Part shown: positions 26,315-38,563 of the stretch, in pieces
Numbering within the stretch: position 1 is the stretch's first letter
How the letters are laid out: each line of letters starts with the position of its first letter
NCBI GenBank assembly: GCA_951406725.2
Contig: OX597819.1
Span: 28,644,001-28,708,000 of the forward strand
Length of the DNA: 64,000 nt
Reading direction: 5' to 3'
DNA from: Octopus vulgaris
Taxonomy: Eukaryota
The notes under the pieces: model-generated
What the model was told of the DNA's origin: nothing
Databases searched by the model: none
What the model saw: only the letters and a program-made list of their open reading frames with translations
Translations under genes and position numbers: made by a program

Positions 26315-26786
26315 TTTGCTTTCTTCTTTTTTATTTGTGTGTCTCTCCTTACTAACCGTCAGTCATTTTGTATTTCTATTCTATTTTGTATTTCTATATA
26401 TAATATATATATATATGGACATACATACAGTGTGGCAACTTGCTCAAGTGTCTTCTATTATAGCCTTGGGCTGCCCAAAGTCTTGTGAGTGGATTTGGTA
26501 GAGAAACTGAAAGAAGCCTGTTGTATATATGTGTGTGTGTGTGTGTATAATTGTGTATTTCTGTCTGTGTTTGTCCCCCACTATCACTTGACAACTGATG
26601 TGTGTTTACATTCCTTTAGCTTAGCAGTTCAGTAAAAGAGACTGATAGAATAAGTACCAGGCTTACAAAGAATAAGTCTAAGGGTCGAATTCTTTGAATA
26701 ATAGGTGGTGCTCCAGCATAGCCACAGTCAAAATGACTGAAACAAATAAAAGAACAAAAGAAGATATATATACATACATACATATA

Positions 26787-26832
<46 letters not shown>

Positions 26833-27566
26833 CAAACAATGTATATATATATACATATACATATATACAAATACATAATACATACATACACACACGTGCA
26901 CACGTCCATACACACACACACACACACTCACACATATATTCATACATAGATGTGTATGTACATACAGATATATGTGCGTGTCTGTGTGTGTGTATATACT
27001 CCAGGTTATTTCCTGAAAATAAAACTAGAGAAATTAGAAAGCAAGAAATCTTATCAAATGTAAAGTACATTCCATTTTTGGAAAAATAGTCTTTTGTTTT
27101 TTAAATACTTAAAAAGAAGGTAGTGGTGGTGGTGGTGGGGGGGAGTAGCAATTCATGAAGAATTAGTAATTTGCCGCCATGGGTTATAATAGTAAAGTTT
27201 GGAAACAGATTATCAAAAGCAAATAAAATGGAATTTTCTGATAAAATAAAGTATGATGATAGACCCAGTATAGAAGGTATGTGTAAACCACACGAGCTGT
27301 TAGTCCAAGACTTTAGGTTATTCAATTATTTTTGTTTCCACTTCACACCAAATAATAGAATCTAATTAAGATAGTTTTAAAGGTGACACTTTTCTGTCTA
27401 TTTTTATATCACTAATACAGACAGCTTTCCTGAATTAGAAGCAAAGTTAATCATTAGATAAGCTTTATTAATTTTGCCTTCTCGTCTGTTGGTCATTTGT
27501 TTTGATAAGTCATTCCATGAATATATTAGGTTTGATTTCGTGCAGACAAAGTGGAGATATCTTAAA

Positions 27567-27569
<3 letters not shown>

Positions 27570-27624
<55 letters not shown>

Positions 27625-28180
27625 GATAAAAAAAGAGTGAAATCCTGATTTTAAATCATCATCATCATCATAATCATCATCATCATAATCATCATAATCA
27701 TCATCATCATCATGACGACGACGACGATGATGATGACGACCACCACTACCACATCTGTTACTATCACTGCTTTTGTCATCGTCATCATTTTCATCATAGT
27801 CGGCATCTTCATCACCACCACCACCACCACCACCACCACCACCACCACCACCACCACTACCACCACCACCACCACCCCATCTCCTTCACCACAACCACTG
27901 CCACCATCACTACCATCACGGTCACTGCTGCCACCAACGTCATCCTCATCTGTTACCATTGTCATTGTCAGCGTCATCATTGGCGTCGTTGTCATCCTCC
28001 TCCTTCTCCTCCTCCTCCTCACCATCATCACTGCCGCCACCACCACCACCACCACCGCCAGCAGCAGCAGCAGCAACAGTAGCAGTAACAGCATTTTCGA
28101 GATGCTATAGCCAAACTGCCAACTATTGTGGTAACTTCAACCATCCCATCACTTACTCCCACCTACATCACATCCTCACA

Positions 28181-28220
<40 letters not shown>
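27570..28220. repeat. (AG)n followed by a mosaic (CAT/CAC/CTC/CAG/CTA)n trinucleotide region
   Basis: Direct inspection; explains the poly-T/V/M/S ORFs. Confidence 0.9.
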
Positions 28221-28584
28221 ATAACATCACCCAATCACATTGCTGATCCTTTAAATTGACTTAAGATAATCTAGTATGTATTGTCAGCAGGTAAAGATGT
28301 TCTCTTCCCAGAAGGGAGCAAGTTGAAATATCCAAATACACTGATTTGTAATGGCCTTGGGAAATGATAAAAATGAAAAAAAGGGGCAAAAATCAGATTT
28401 TTTTATAAGTATTTCTTCTAGTGTTGGACAGATCACATACCCTTTTTCTTTCTTTTTTTTCATAGGAATTGTGTGACATGGTTCTATTATTATCTTTCAA
28501 AGCTAATAAAACCTGCCAAGCTGAGTGAAATCATGGCCATCCACACATACAGGCATGTCCTTTTCAGTTGTGCCTTGCTCCACT

Positions 28585-28618
<34 letters not shown>

Positions 28619-28625
28619 ACACACA

Positions 28626-28665
<40 letters not shown>

Positions 28666-30171
28666 TATCTGCCTTCTTTCAAAATTTCCAGCGGACCTTT
28701 CCTTTCCACTCTCCCCCATGTGCCTCACTTCTTGCAGGCCCCTCCACTCTCTCCTGTGTCTATCTGCACACTCTCCAATCCTTCACATATCTTCCTTACC
28801 CCTTTCCAAGACTCTCCAATTTTCCACAACATCACTTGCTACAGTCATGTCTTCCCCATCCCTAAACATATCTCCTCAAACTCTCATGGGACACCCCGTC
28901 TATCCCCTCTGCACTACTTATGTCCCTCCCCACTGTTTCTTATGGGAAGGTCCCAATACATTCTTACACTATCTATTTCACTCTCTCTCTCTTTATGTGT
29001 CACTGGCATGGGTGCCTTTACGTGGCACCGGCATGGGCACTTTTTATGTGGTACTGGCAGGATTGCCAAATAACTTGCAAGACAAAGACCGCTTGGTTAA
29101 GAGAGAGAGAGTAGAATCAAGAGAAGTGGTTGTTGCCAGGCAAGAGGTCAGAAGAGTATAATAGAAGGACAGGGATGGTTTTCTTACAATAGAGGAAATA
29201 CTTAGCTACCCCAGTAGGAAAAGGAAGGAGAAAGAAGGTGGGAGAGTTTGAGAGAAAGACAGAGGGGCAGTCAGAGTTAGAAAGTGAGAGAGAGAGAGAG
29301 TGAAATAGATAGTGTAAATCATAGCGGACAAGAATCATCTGTTATGGGGATGAGAACTGTCAGATCACATGATTTCAGTCTACTGGATTTCCTCAGTGGC
29401 AGGTATCTATCTGATCACTACATACCAGCCAAGTCTCACTGCTAGGCATGTAACATTTCAGTGTCTTTTCAGTCACTGATATCACAAATAGCTAGTAGGC
29501 TTATCAAAAAATAATTATTAGCAATGGAAGCAGTATTAGTACCAAAGGGTAATCTCTATATCCAACTTAATGTGGATGTCCTGTTAGAATGCTGGAAATT
29601 GCAGTATTAGCCTTTAGAGATCCTCTGACATAAGTGCATGGAGCATGAAATCACAGTCATAAATTGTAGTAGATGAGAATTATCTGTTATAGCCATTGTA
29701 ACTGCAGTAACTACCAGATATATTTACTATAACTGCTCAATTTCTCGTCCTTACATTGTTTCCTGTTATAACTGTCCCATTTGCCATCCATGCATCGATG
29801 GCTCCAGATAACAAACGTTTCCTTAATAATTTGTCAACTTTATCATCTAATGATATTTTATGCACCTGACATAGGCACAGGTGTGGCTGTGGGGCAACAA
29901 GTTTGCTTCCCTACCACTGCACGGCACCTTGGGCACTGAGATATTTTTCAGATCTGCACAAGTGCTAATTTTTTTTGAAATCAGGAAAACTCTCCATACT
30001 AGTATATTTCTAGATATTCCTCAGAGTTTGGACAGTTTGATAAGCCTAATTCTTGGTTGTACAATTGATCAGCAAGCCTTCATTCATCAATACATAGGCT
30101 TACTTCTGAATTGTATCTTCTTGCTGTATCATATACACAAATAGTTGCTTTCTGAGAGCACACATACTATA

Positions 30172-30406
30172 CCTATTTCTTTACTACCCACAAGGGGCTA
30201 AACACAGAGAGGACAAACAAGGACAGACAAACGGATTAAGTCGATTATATCGATCCCAGTGCTTAACTGGTACTTATTTAATCGACCCTGAAAGGATGAA
30301 AGGCAATGTCGACCTCGGCAGAATTTGAACTCAGAACATAGTGGTAGATGAAATACCGCTAAGCATTTCATCCGGTGTGCTAACGTTTCTGTCAGCTCAC
30401 CGCCTT
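30172..30406 (-). mobile_element. tRNA-derived SINE, Nin/Deu-like core family
   Basis: Reverse complement of the 60177 family; TSD-like cacacata(c/g)tatac. Confidence 0.85.
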
Positions 30407-30579
30407 CACACATAGTATACCATCCTCATTTTAGTCTTTCTGACTCACCTTTTCACTCTTTATCTGTATTGTATATCATCCCACCAAAATTGGTATTAAA
30501 GATTTTTCATAATCTTTTCCACTCCCAAGAACAGTGATTTGTTAGAAATCCCTCCCTGCCAATGTTATCTCTCTAACTA

Positions 30580-30792
30580 AGGCAGCAAGCTTGCAGAATC
30601 GTCAGAATGCTGGGCAAAATGCTTAGTGGCATTTCATCCATCTATACGTTGAATTCAAAATCTGCCAAGATCAACATTGCCTTTCTTTCTTTTGGGGTTG
30701 ATAAGAAAAGTATCAGTTGAACACGAGTCAATTTAATCAACTTATCCCTTTCCTCAAACCTGCTGGTCTTGTGCCAAAATTTGAAATCAATA
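30580..30792 (+). mobile_element. tRNA-derived SINE, Nin/Deu-like core family (inverted relative to 30172-30406)
   Basis: aggcagcaagcttgcagaatc...ggggttgataag; TSD-like ttatc(t/a)ctctaacta. Confidence 0.75.
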
Positions 30793-31595
30793 TTATCACT
30801 CTAACTATAATATCTGATAGTTTAAATCTGTTAACCAAATTAAACCTGCCAAATAGTTATCCTTACTTTGCTGTGTAAAGAACTAAAGTTATAGGTACTG
30901 CCACTCTTTAGCTGAGATTAAATGTTCAAAACATCTTTCTCATTTGATTTCTGTTAATTATTGTACAACATGGCAGGAAGAATCCATGGTTATGGCTAAC
31001 AATTATCTTCTAACAGATCAGTTAAATTATTTGCAAGCAGAAACAATGGACAGATATAAATTGTTGTAATACTGTATTTATTGATGCTTAACACTTGTAC
31101 AAAGCTTTACATCTGTTGAGGGTATAGTCAATTATATCAACTCATATACTTGACTAGTACTTTATTTTATTAATCCTGGATGGATGAACAGTTTGGTTAC
31201 CCTTAGTTTTTTTCTTTTATATAATTCCAGCCACATTTGAGATGTTGTACTGGAATATTAAACTGATTCATATATTTGACTTGTACCTTATTTTATCAAC
31301 ACTGGAAAGATGGAAGATGAAAAACTAAGTTAACTTTGATTAGATTTGAACTCAGAAAGGCCATAACTAAATACTGCATGATATTTTGTCTAATACTCTA
31401 ATTATTCTACCAACCTACCATCTACTATAATAATACTCTTGTGTTTTCTCCATCGCAACATATGAATGAGAAAGGAAGGGTGGATAGATGAATAAGGAAT
31501 AAGGAAGGAAGGAGTGATGACAAAGTGGAAGTAGGAGTGTTTTGACTCTGTGTGAGTATATGTGTGTGTATGTAAAAGGGAGGTATGTGAATGTT

Positions 31596-31636
<41 letters not shown>

Positions 31637-32468
31637 AATGGAAGTGGGATGTGAACATTCAATGCTGAAAAGAAAAATCAAACAGCGTTTCAACTCTGTG
31701 TGAGTATATGTGTGTATGTGTGTGCGTGTACAAGGGAAGTATGTGGGAACCAGCGTTCTTTCAGTAACAAACAATGATCGATATCACATCTTAAAAGGCA
31801 ACCTCTAAATAACAATGACAAGTGTATTAATTTGATTTACCATCCATATTTGCATATAAAATACTGTAATTAGCTGTCATTTTTGACAGCATGGGGCCAG
31901 CTAGTTCTTAATAATTTCTAACATAAGCACAAGGCCAGCAATTTGGGGAGAGGAGACTGATCTTAGTTCTTGTCCGGTATATATTATTGTATTGACTCCA
32001 AAAGGACAAAAGGCAAAACTGAGCTTGGTGAGACTTGAACTCAGAATATAAAGAGCCAGTACAATAACTGCAAAGTATTTGTCCAACGCCATACTAATCA
32101 GTATTAAGTATTTTGATAGTTTATAGGCTTTACTAGTCTCACTTACTTACCTCAGACACATTGAAAGATAAAGAACTCATGTCCCTGAAACTCTGATATA
32201 CATTATAGAATTCATGCATACACATACACACACAAATATACATGCACATATACATATCTTTAGGTGCCATACTTGTCTGATATTCATAGACTTAGTATAA
32301 GATAGAGTCACTTAGAGACTAAAGTGTTATTTAGATTTAAAGAAGTGAGGTCAATAGTATGTCTGATCTTTACTTACTTTAGTAATAATTCATCTCATAA
32401 ATATAAAGTTAAATCCATGTAACCTATTATTAACACACAAGAAAACCAAAACCGATCAAAGAAAAAAG

Positions 32469-32550
<82 letters not shown>

Positions 32551-32579
32551 CGAGAATGAAGCAACAAGAATGGATAGGT

Positions 32580-32670
32580 TTTTAGTACAATCGTTTCATA
32601 CAAGGACAGGTTTTATTAAAAGTTGCAAAAATTACAGCATATAAACGTGTCCCGTACTCATCAGCTAAAA
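32580..32670 (-). ncRNA. Type I hammerhead ribozyme motif (left arm)
   Basis: Mirror of 33027-33117. Confidence 0.82.
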
Positions 32671-33026
32671 TACATGTGAGTTCTCTAGACATCCTAGTGG
32701 TTGAGGCTATACTCATGAAGTAATGTAGATAATTAAGTAACATAAACAGATTTCAAAAGTTCATTAAAGTTCTTTAAAGATGATGTACAGTCTTATCATA
32801 GAGTATGTAATCCCTCATCATATCTCTGGAAATTCATATGTGCACTATGGATTGGGTCACCTTCTCTGTGATGCTATTAAGACTTTTTTAAAATTCTATG
32901 ATAAGACTGTACATCATCTTTAAAGAACTTTAATGAACTTTTGAAATCTGTTTATGTTACTTAATTATCTACATTACTTCATGAGTATAGCCTCAACCAC
33001 TAGGATGTCTAGAGAACTCACATGTA

Positions 33027-33117
33027 TTTTAGCTGATGAGTACGGGACACGTTTATATGCTGTAATTTTTGCAACTTTTAATAAAACCTGTCCTTGTATG
33101 AAACGATTGTACTAAAA
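33027..33117 (+). ncRNA. Type I hammerhead ribozyme motif (right arm)
   Basis: UUUUAG-CUGAUGA-GUACGGGACA..(~39 nt)..UGUCCUUGUAU-GAAA-C(GAUU)G-UA^CUAAAA; stem I UUUUAG/CUAAAA is perfect. Confidence 0.85.
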
Positions 33118-33260
33118 ACCTATCCATTCTTGTTGCTTCATTCTCGCTTATAATCACCCCACATTACTGTATTGTTAAATCAGTATAGTTTTTTTTGGTG
33201 CATCTAAGTTAGGTACCATATTCAAGTAAATTCATTTAAATTAACTTGAATCTTTATTGC

Positions 33261-33572
<312 letters not shown>

Positions 33573-33847
33573 TTAATAAGGGTGAGAGAATTAGATACTA
33601 ATTTAATAGTATATCTATTCTACACCAAGTGGCCTAGTGCTCCGAGAAACCTGGATTATTATAATATTTTATAATATATTATAATATTTTTACAAAATAA
33701 ATATAAGAGAGTGGTCACTATATGGCTCACTCTAGCACCAGTTAATCCAAAAGGTTTCAACCACAAAAATACATGCTTCCCATGAAAGTCAGTACGATTG
33801 TTAGCTCACACGGACAGGGCAAATAAAAAATAACAAAATACAGATTA

Positions 33848-33929
33848 TTTTGGGACAATTGTTTCGCTATTAATGAATTAAATGTAATTTTACTTACAAT
33901 AAAATCCACTTGTAGCTCTTCGGCCAAAA
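33848..33929 (-). ncRNA. Type I hammerhead ribozyme motif, U4C core variant (copy 1)
   Basis: Minus: UUUUGG-CCGAAGA-GCUA..UAGC-GAAA-C(AAUU)G-UC^CCAAAA. Confidence 0.72.
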
Positions 33930-34382
33930 CTATCTGGATGCAATCCACTCAATCACACGCCAGATTTTACCATAACGATAAATACGCGTGTGGTTCAATT
34001 GATTACATCCGACGTTATAATTCAAATGCCCCAACTAACAGCGCGCCAAACTTTCACGGAAAACAAATACAGCATTTAGAAATAAATGCAGCATAATTAT
34101 AATTAATTAATAAGGGTGAGAGAATTAGATACTAATTTAATAGTATATCTATTCTACACCAAGTGGCCTAGTGCTCCGAGAAACCTGGATTATTATAATA
34201 TTTTATAATATATTATAATATTTTTACAAAATAAATATAAGAGAGTGGTCACTATATGGCTCACTCTAGCACCAGTTAATCCAAAAGGTTTCAACCACAA
34301 AAAATACATGCTTCCCATGAAAGTCAGTACGATTGTTAGCTCACACGGACAGGGCAAATAAAAAATAACAAAATACAGATTA

Positions 34383-34464
34383 TTTTGGGACAATTGTTTC
34401 GCTATTAATGAATTAAATGTAATTTTACTTACAATAAAATCCACTTGTAGCTCTTCGGCCAAAA
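34383..34464 (-). ncRNA. Type I hammerhead ribozyme motif, U4C core variant (copy 2)
   Basis: Same as 33848-33929. Confidence 0.72.
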
Positions 34465-34496
34465 CTATCTGGATGCAATCCACTCAATCACACGCC

Positions 34497-34536
<40 letters not shown>

Positions 34537-35334
34537 CTATATATATATGTATATATATATATACACGCACAAAAGAAGCAGTAAAAAGAAATTCACAATA
34601 GACTGATTTATTTTCTTACTTATATTATTTTCAGATCATTTGTTTTAATGTCTTTTGTCTAATAGAATTATATGAAAGAAAAGTTTATAAAATAAAAATG
34701 AAATTGATGTAACATTTAATTGTTATTAAAAGCTTCGGATGAGGCAATAAGATTGTGTGGTGTTGAAATATTTCTGAAGGGTATTAAGAGATGTGATGAT
34801 GTAAGGACGTTTTGTTAATAATGTAGGTGAGTGACACTTTCTTTTATTGAACTGCGGTCATCTAGTGTAGCAGATTTTCAAGAAATAGACTGAAGGATAT
34901 TTATTTCTTCCCTGTTTAACATGATGAAACTGAAGTTAAGTGATGGTTCTAAAAAAGGCTTTCTTAAAAGGGTTTTTACATTACATGATGTAGACATCAT
35001 GTGGCAAGTAGACGTTTATGTTATGCAACATACAGAAATTTACATGTGGACATAAAGTAACATGTAGATATTATATAATGTAGACTTACATAACATGTAG
35101 ATAGTTACATGTAGGCATTATGCAACTTATATATTTACATTATGCAACATGTAGATCAATGTCATCCATTCATACAGGGTTGTTCTTTACAGGTGCCAGT
35201 GCCACATAAAATGTTCTTGTGTCGGTGCTGTGTAAATGTACCCAGCACACTCTGTAAAGTGGCTGGAGTTAGGAAGAGCATCTAGCCATAGAAAACATGC
35301 CACAACTGGAATCTGGACAGTTCCCTGACAGCTC

Positions 35335-35647
35335 GTTTATTAACGTGTAAGTGGCTGAACACTCCACAGACACGTGTACCCTTAACGTAATTCTTGGAGA
35401 GATTCAGCGTGACACAAAGTGTGACAACCTGGCCCCTTGAAATACAGGTACAACAGAAACAAGAAGAAAGAGTGAGAGAAAGTTGTGGTGAAAGAGTACA
35501 GCAGGGTTCACCCCCACCTGCCGGAGCCTCATGGAGCTTTAGGTGTTTTCGCTCAATAAACACTCACAATGCCCGGTCTGGGAATTGAAACCGCGAACCT
35601 ATGACCGTGAGTCCACTGCTCTAACCACCAGGCCATTGCACCTCCAC
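35335..35647 (-). mobile_element. tRNA-derived SINE (OR-like) inserted in an RTE-tail element
   Basis: Reverse complement of the 13355 family; flanked by duplicated acaactggaatctggacagttccctgac. Confidence 0.85.
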
Positions 35648-37211
35648 GCACAGACACACACACACACATACATACATGCCACAACAGACAACTGGAATCT
35701 GGACAGTTCCCTGACTGGTCAGCTCCATGTCATACAGTCAAACCCATGCCAGCAGAGAAAACAGATGCTAAATGATGACGATGATGATGTAGATGCATAC
35801 AGGTATGGCTGTGTGGTTAAAATGTTAGCTGTGTAGTAAATGGTTTTAGGTTTAATCCTACTGAATAGCTCCTTGGACAAGTAAGTGCCTTGTGAAATGA
35901 GACCCCTATCCAGTTTTGAAACTGATACATTTCCCTAATGCACCCCCCCATTTTTTATGACTTAGAAGGGGAAGGACAATTCCCTTGATTGTTTTTCAAA
36001 ATCTCTGTGACAGGTAGAAGTAAGAGAGCAGTTTAATATTAGACCAGTGACCTCACCTGAATATTTGCAATATTTTGGGCTCTTCTGAAGATTCTTCCCC
36101 CAAGGGCCAGGTGATGGTATCAAAATGACAGAGATTAAGTTCACCCTAAAAAACAGGAACAGTTTCACAATTTTCATTACTCTTTTACTCTTTAACTTGT
36201 TTCAGTCATGTCATTTGACTGTGGCCATGCTGGAGCACAGCCTTTATTGACAAAATTTCAGTCATAGTTTTTGGTTGATCCAAGGGCCATGTTAGAAAAT
36301 ACTTGCCCAACATGCCTTTAGCCTTTTCCTCAGTTGCAAGAATTTTTTTAAAGTCTGGTACTTATTCTATCATTCTCTTTTGTTGATCTACTAGGTTAAA
36401 AGAATGTAAACAAACCGATACTGGTTGTCAAGCAGTGTTGTGGGACAAATGCAAACAGTGAAACTAAGACAAACACACTTAGATAGCCATCCATCCATCC
36501 ATCCATCCATCCATCCGTCTGTCCATCCATCCATCCATCCATCTATCCATCCATCCAGTCAACCAGCCAGCCTGATTATAGCTTGCTCCCATTTTTTCCA
36601 CCAGTCACAAAGTTCATAAAAAAATGTCACAGGCACTGCCTCACCCACTTTTCTTCAGACTAATTTATAGCAAAAAAAAAATTCTTTTACTTTTTACTTG
36701 TTTCAGCCATGCTGGGGGCAGCCTTGAAGGGCTTAGCAAAACAGATCAGCCCTTGTATATTTTTTATCTGTCCTTTTTGCTGAATTGCTAATGTTACAGG
36801 AATGTAAACAAACCAACACTAGCTGTCAAGCAGTGGAGTGGGATAGACACAAGCAGAAAGAGATGGAATAAGTTCAGGTATGGCAGTGTGGTAAGAAGTT
36901 TGCTTAAAAACCATTTGGTCGTGGGTTCAGTCTCACTGCATGACAGCTTGGGCAAGAGTCTTCTACTATAACTCCAACCTGATCAAAGCCTTGTGAGAGT
37001 ATTTGGTAGACGGAAACTGAATGAAGTTCATTGAGTGAGTTTATATCTCTGTGTGTGTATGTGTGTATATATATATATATATATACACACACATATATAT
37101 ATACATATGTATATATACACACATATATATATATACATTTACACACATACATGCATACACATACATATATGTATGTATATATATATATACACACACACAT
37201 ATATGTATACA

Positions 37212-37253
<42 letters not shown>

Positions 37254-37254
<1 letters not shown>

Positions 37255-37763
37255 TAGCAGTAATACCCATTGTTGGTTGGGTAATTACTTTTACTGTTTC
37301 TTGGGCCGAGAAGCTAGAAAAATGGGTATCTTTATATATAAAAGTGAACTTGTCTTCCATGTGTGTATTAAATAAGAGAAAAACGTCCTGTCATGTGTGT
37401 ATCAAATAAGAGAAAAACATGTAATAATTGAAGTAAAAAAAAGATGGATTTGTTATATGAACTTCTGTTTGTTCTTGAAGTTGCAATCCAGCAACTTTTA
37501 GTGTTTGGTCCTGACTTTTATTAATGCTCATGGCAAAAGAAAGTTGGATAGGAAACTGTAAGAGCTTAAATTTGAATGGGACATAAGATGGTATAACTGG
37601 TATGCGAGGAACAAAGATGGTGTCATATTTACCATGAGTGAGAATATTTGCCTCAACGTAGTTTGTCATAGGTTTGTGCACAATTAGTGTTGCCTCCCTT
37701 GAACCATTTACTTTTGCTTTGTGGGACAAACAAACACACAGACAGACTCTCTCTTTTATATAT
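37254..37763 (-). mobile_element. Internally deleted Helitron with a Pif1-family helicase remnant
   Basis: 3' CTAG with acccattgttggttgggt hairpin; ORF 37391-37729 FVPRIPVIPSYVPFKFKLLQFPIQLSFAMSINKSQDQTL matches the Helitron helicase motif QFP..L.FAM.INKSQGQTL. Confidence 0.88.
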
Positions 37764-38315
37764 GCAATTCAGAGAAGCTACACAAAGAAAATCATCTCAA
37801 TACAAAATATCAGCTACTGGAAAAGACTGAAAGTATTAAACCTCTTCTCCCTAGAGTGGAGGCGGGAGAGATATGCGGTGATATACATCTGGAAAATCCT
37901 GGAGGGTCTTGTCCCAAACTTTGGCATTCAAAGTTATCCCAACCGCAGAACGGGGCGCCACTGCATGGTGCCAAAGATTCCAACATCACTATCAAAATAC
38001 AGGTCCAGATACTGCAACAGCTTGGGTTTCAGAGGACCACAGCTCTTTAACATCTTCCCTAAATGCCTGAGAGACTTACATGGTGTGGATGTGGGTTTCT
38101 TTAAAACTAAACTAGATCTCTTCTTGTCGGGAGTCCCAGCTGAACCTACCTCATGACAGGAAACGCAGATGCGGGCAGCAGCATCGAACTCCCTTGTTGA
38201 TCAAGTGCCACGTATCAGAGGTGGATTCATATATTAGTGTAGCTCATTCAGCAGTCGTGCCCCAGCATGGCCGCGGCCTTCGGGCTAAAACATTTTAAAG
38301 GATTTTTTAAGGATT
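37764..38315 (+). pseudogene. CR1/L2-group LINE 3' fragment with 3' stem-loop tail
   Basis: IQRSYTKKI..SYWKRLKVLNLFSLEWRRERYAVIYIWKILEGLVPN...GPQLFNIFPKCLR..FKTKLDLFL..P.EP. Confidence 0.9.
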
Positions 38316-38563
38316 TATATATATATATGTATATATGTATATATGTATATGTATATATGTATATATATATATGTATATATGTATGTGTATATATATATAT
38401 GTATATGTATATATATATCATCATCATCATCATCATCGTTTAACGTCCGTTTTCCACGCTAGCACGGGTTGGACGGTTCGAACGGGGTCTGAGAAGCCAG
38501 AGGCTGCACCATATATATATGTATATATATATGTATGAACATACATACACACACACACACATA

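Larger units (their letters stand above)
25651..26394 (-). repeat. Exactly three tandem 248-bp units, each carrying a hammerhead ribozyme (retrozyme / Penelope pLTR-like)
   Basis: Units at 25651, 25899 and 26147, near-identical; flanked by (TA)n; a unit-end fragment recurs inverted at ~44391-44436. Confidence 0.92.
33566..34499 (-). mobile_element. Partial tandem (~1.75 copies, period ~534 bp) HHR-bearing element in (TA)n
   Basis: aattaataagggtgagag at 33571 and 34105; near-identical copies; partial-tandem layout typical of Penelope pLTRs. Confidence 0.85.

Noticed and set aside
25736-26501. Three repeated 69-89 aa hydrophobic ORFs
   Set aside because: By-product of the T-rich 248-bp repeat with non-ATG starts; the conserved signal is the antisense ribozyme
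27651-28246. Poly-Thr/Val/Met/Ser ORFs
   Set aside because: Trinucleotide microsatellite mosaic with no domain or splice support
29756-29866. 111-nt open minus-strand segment between AG and GTAAGG (possible exon)
   Set aside because: Acceptor abuts a SINE head without a pyrimidine tract; peptide and neighbours look more like decayed LINE RT sequence
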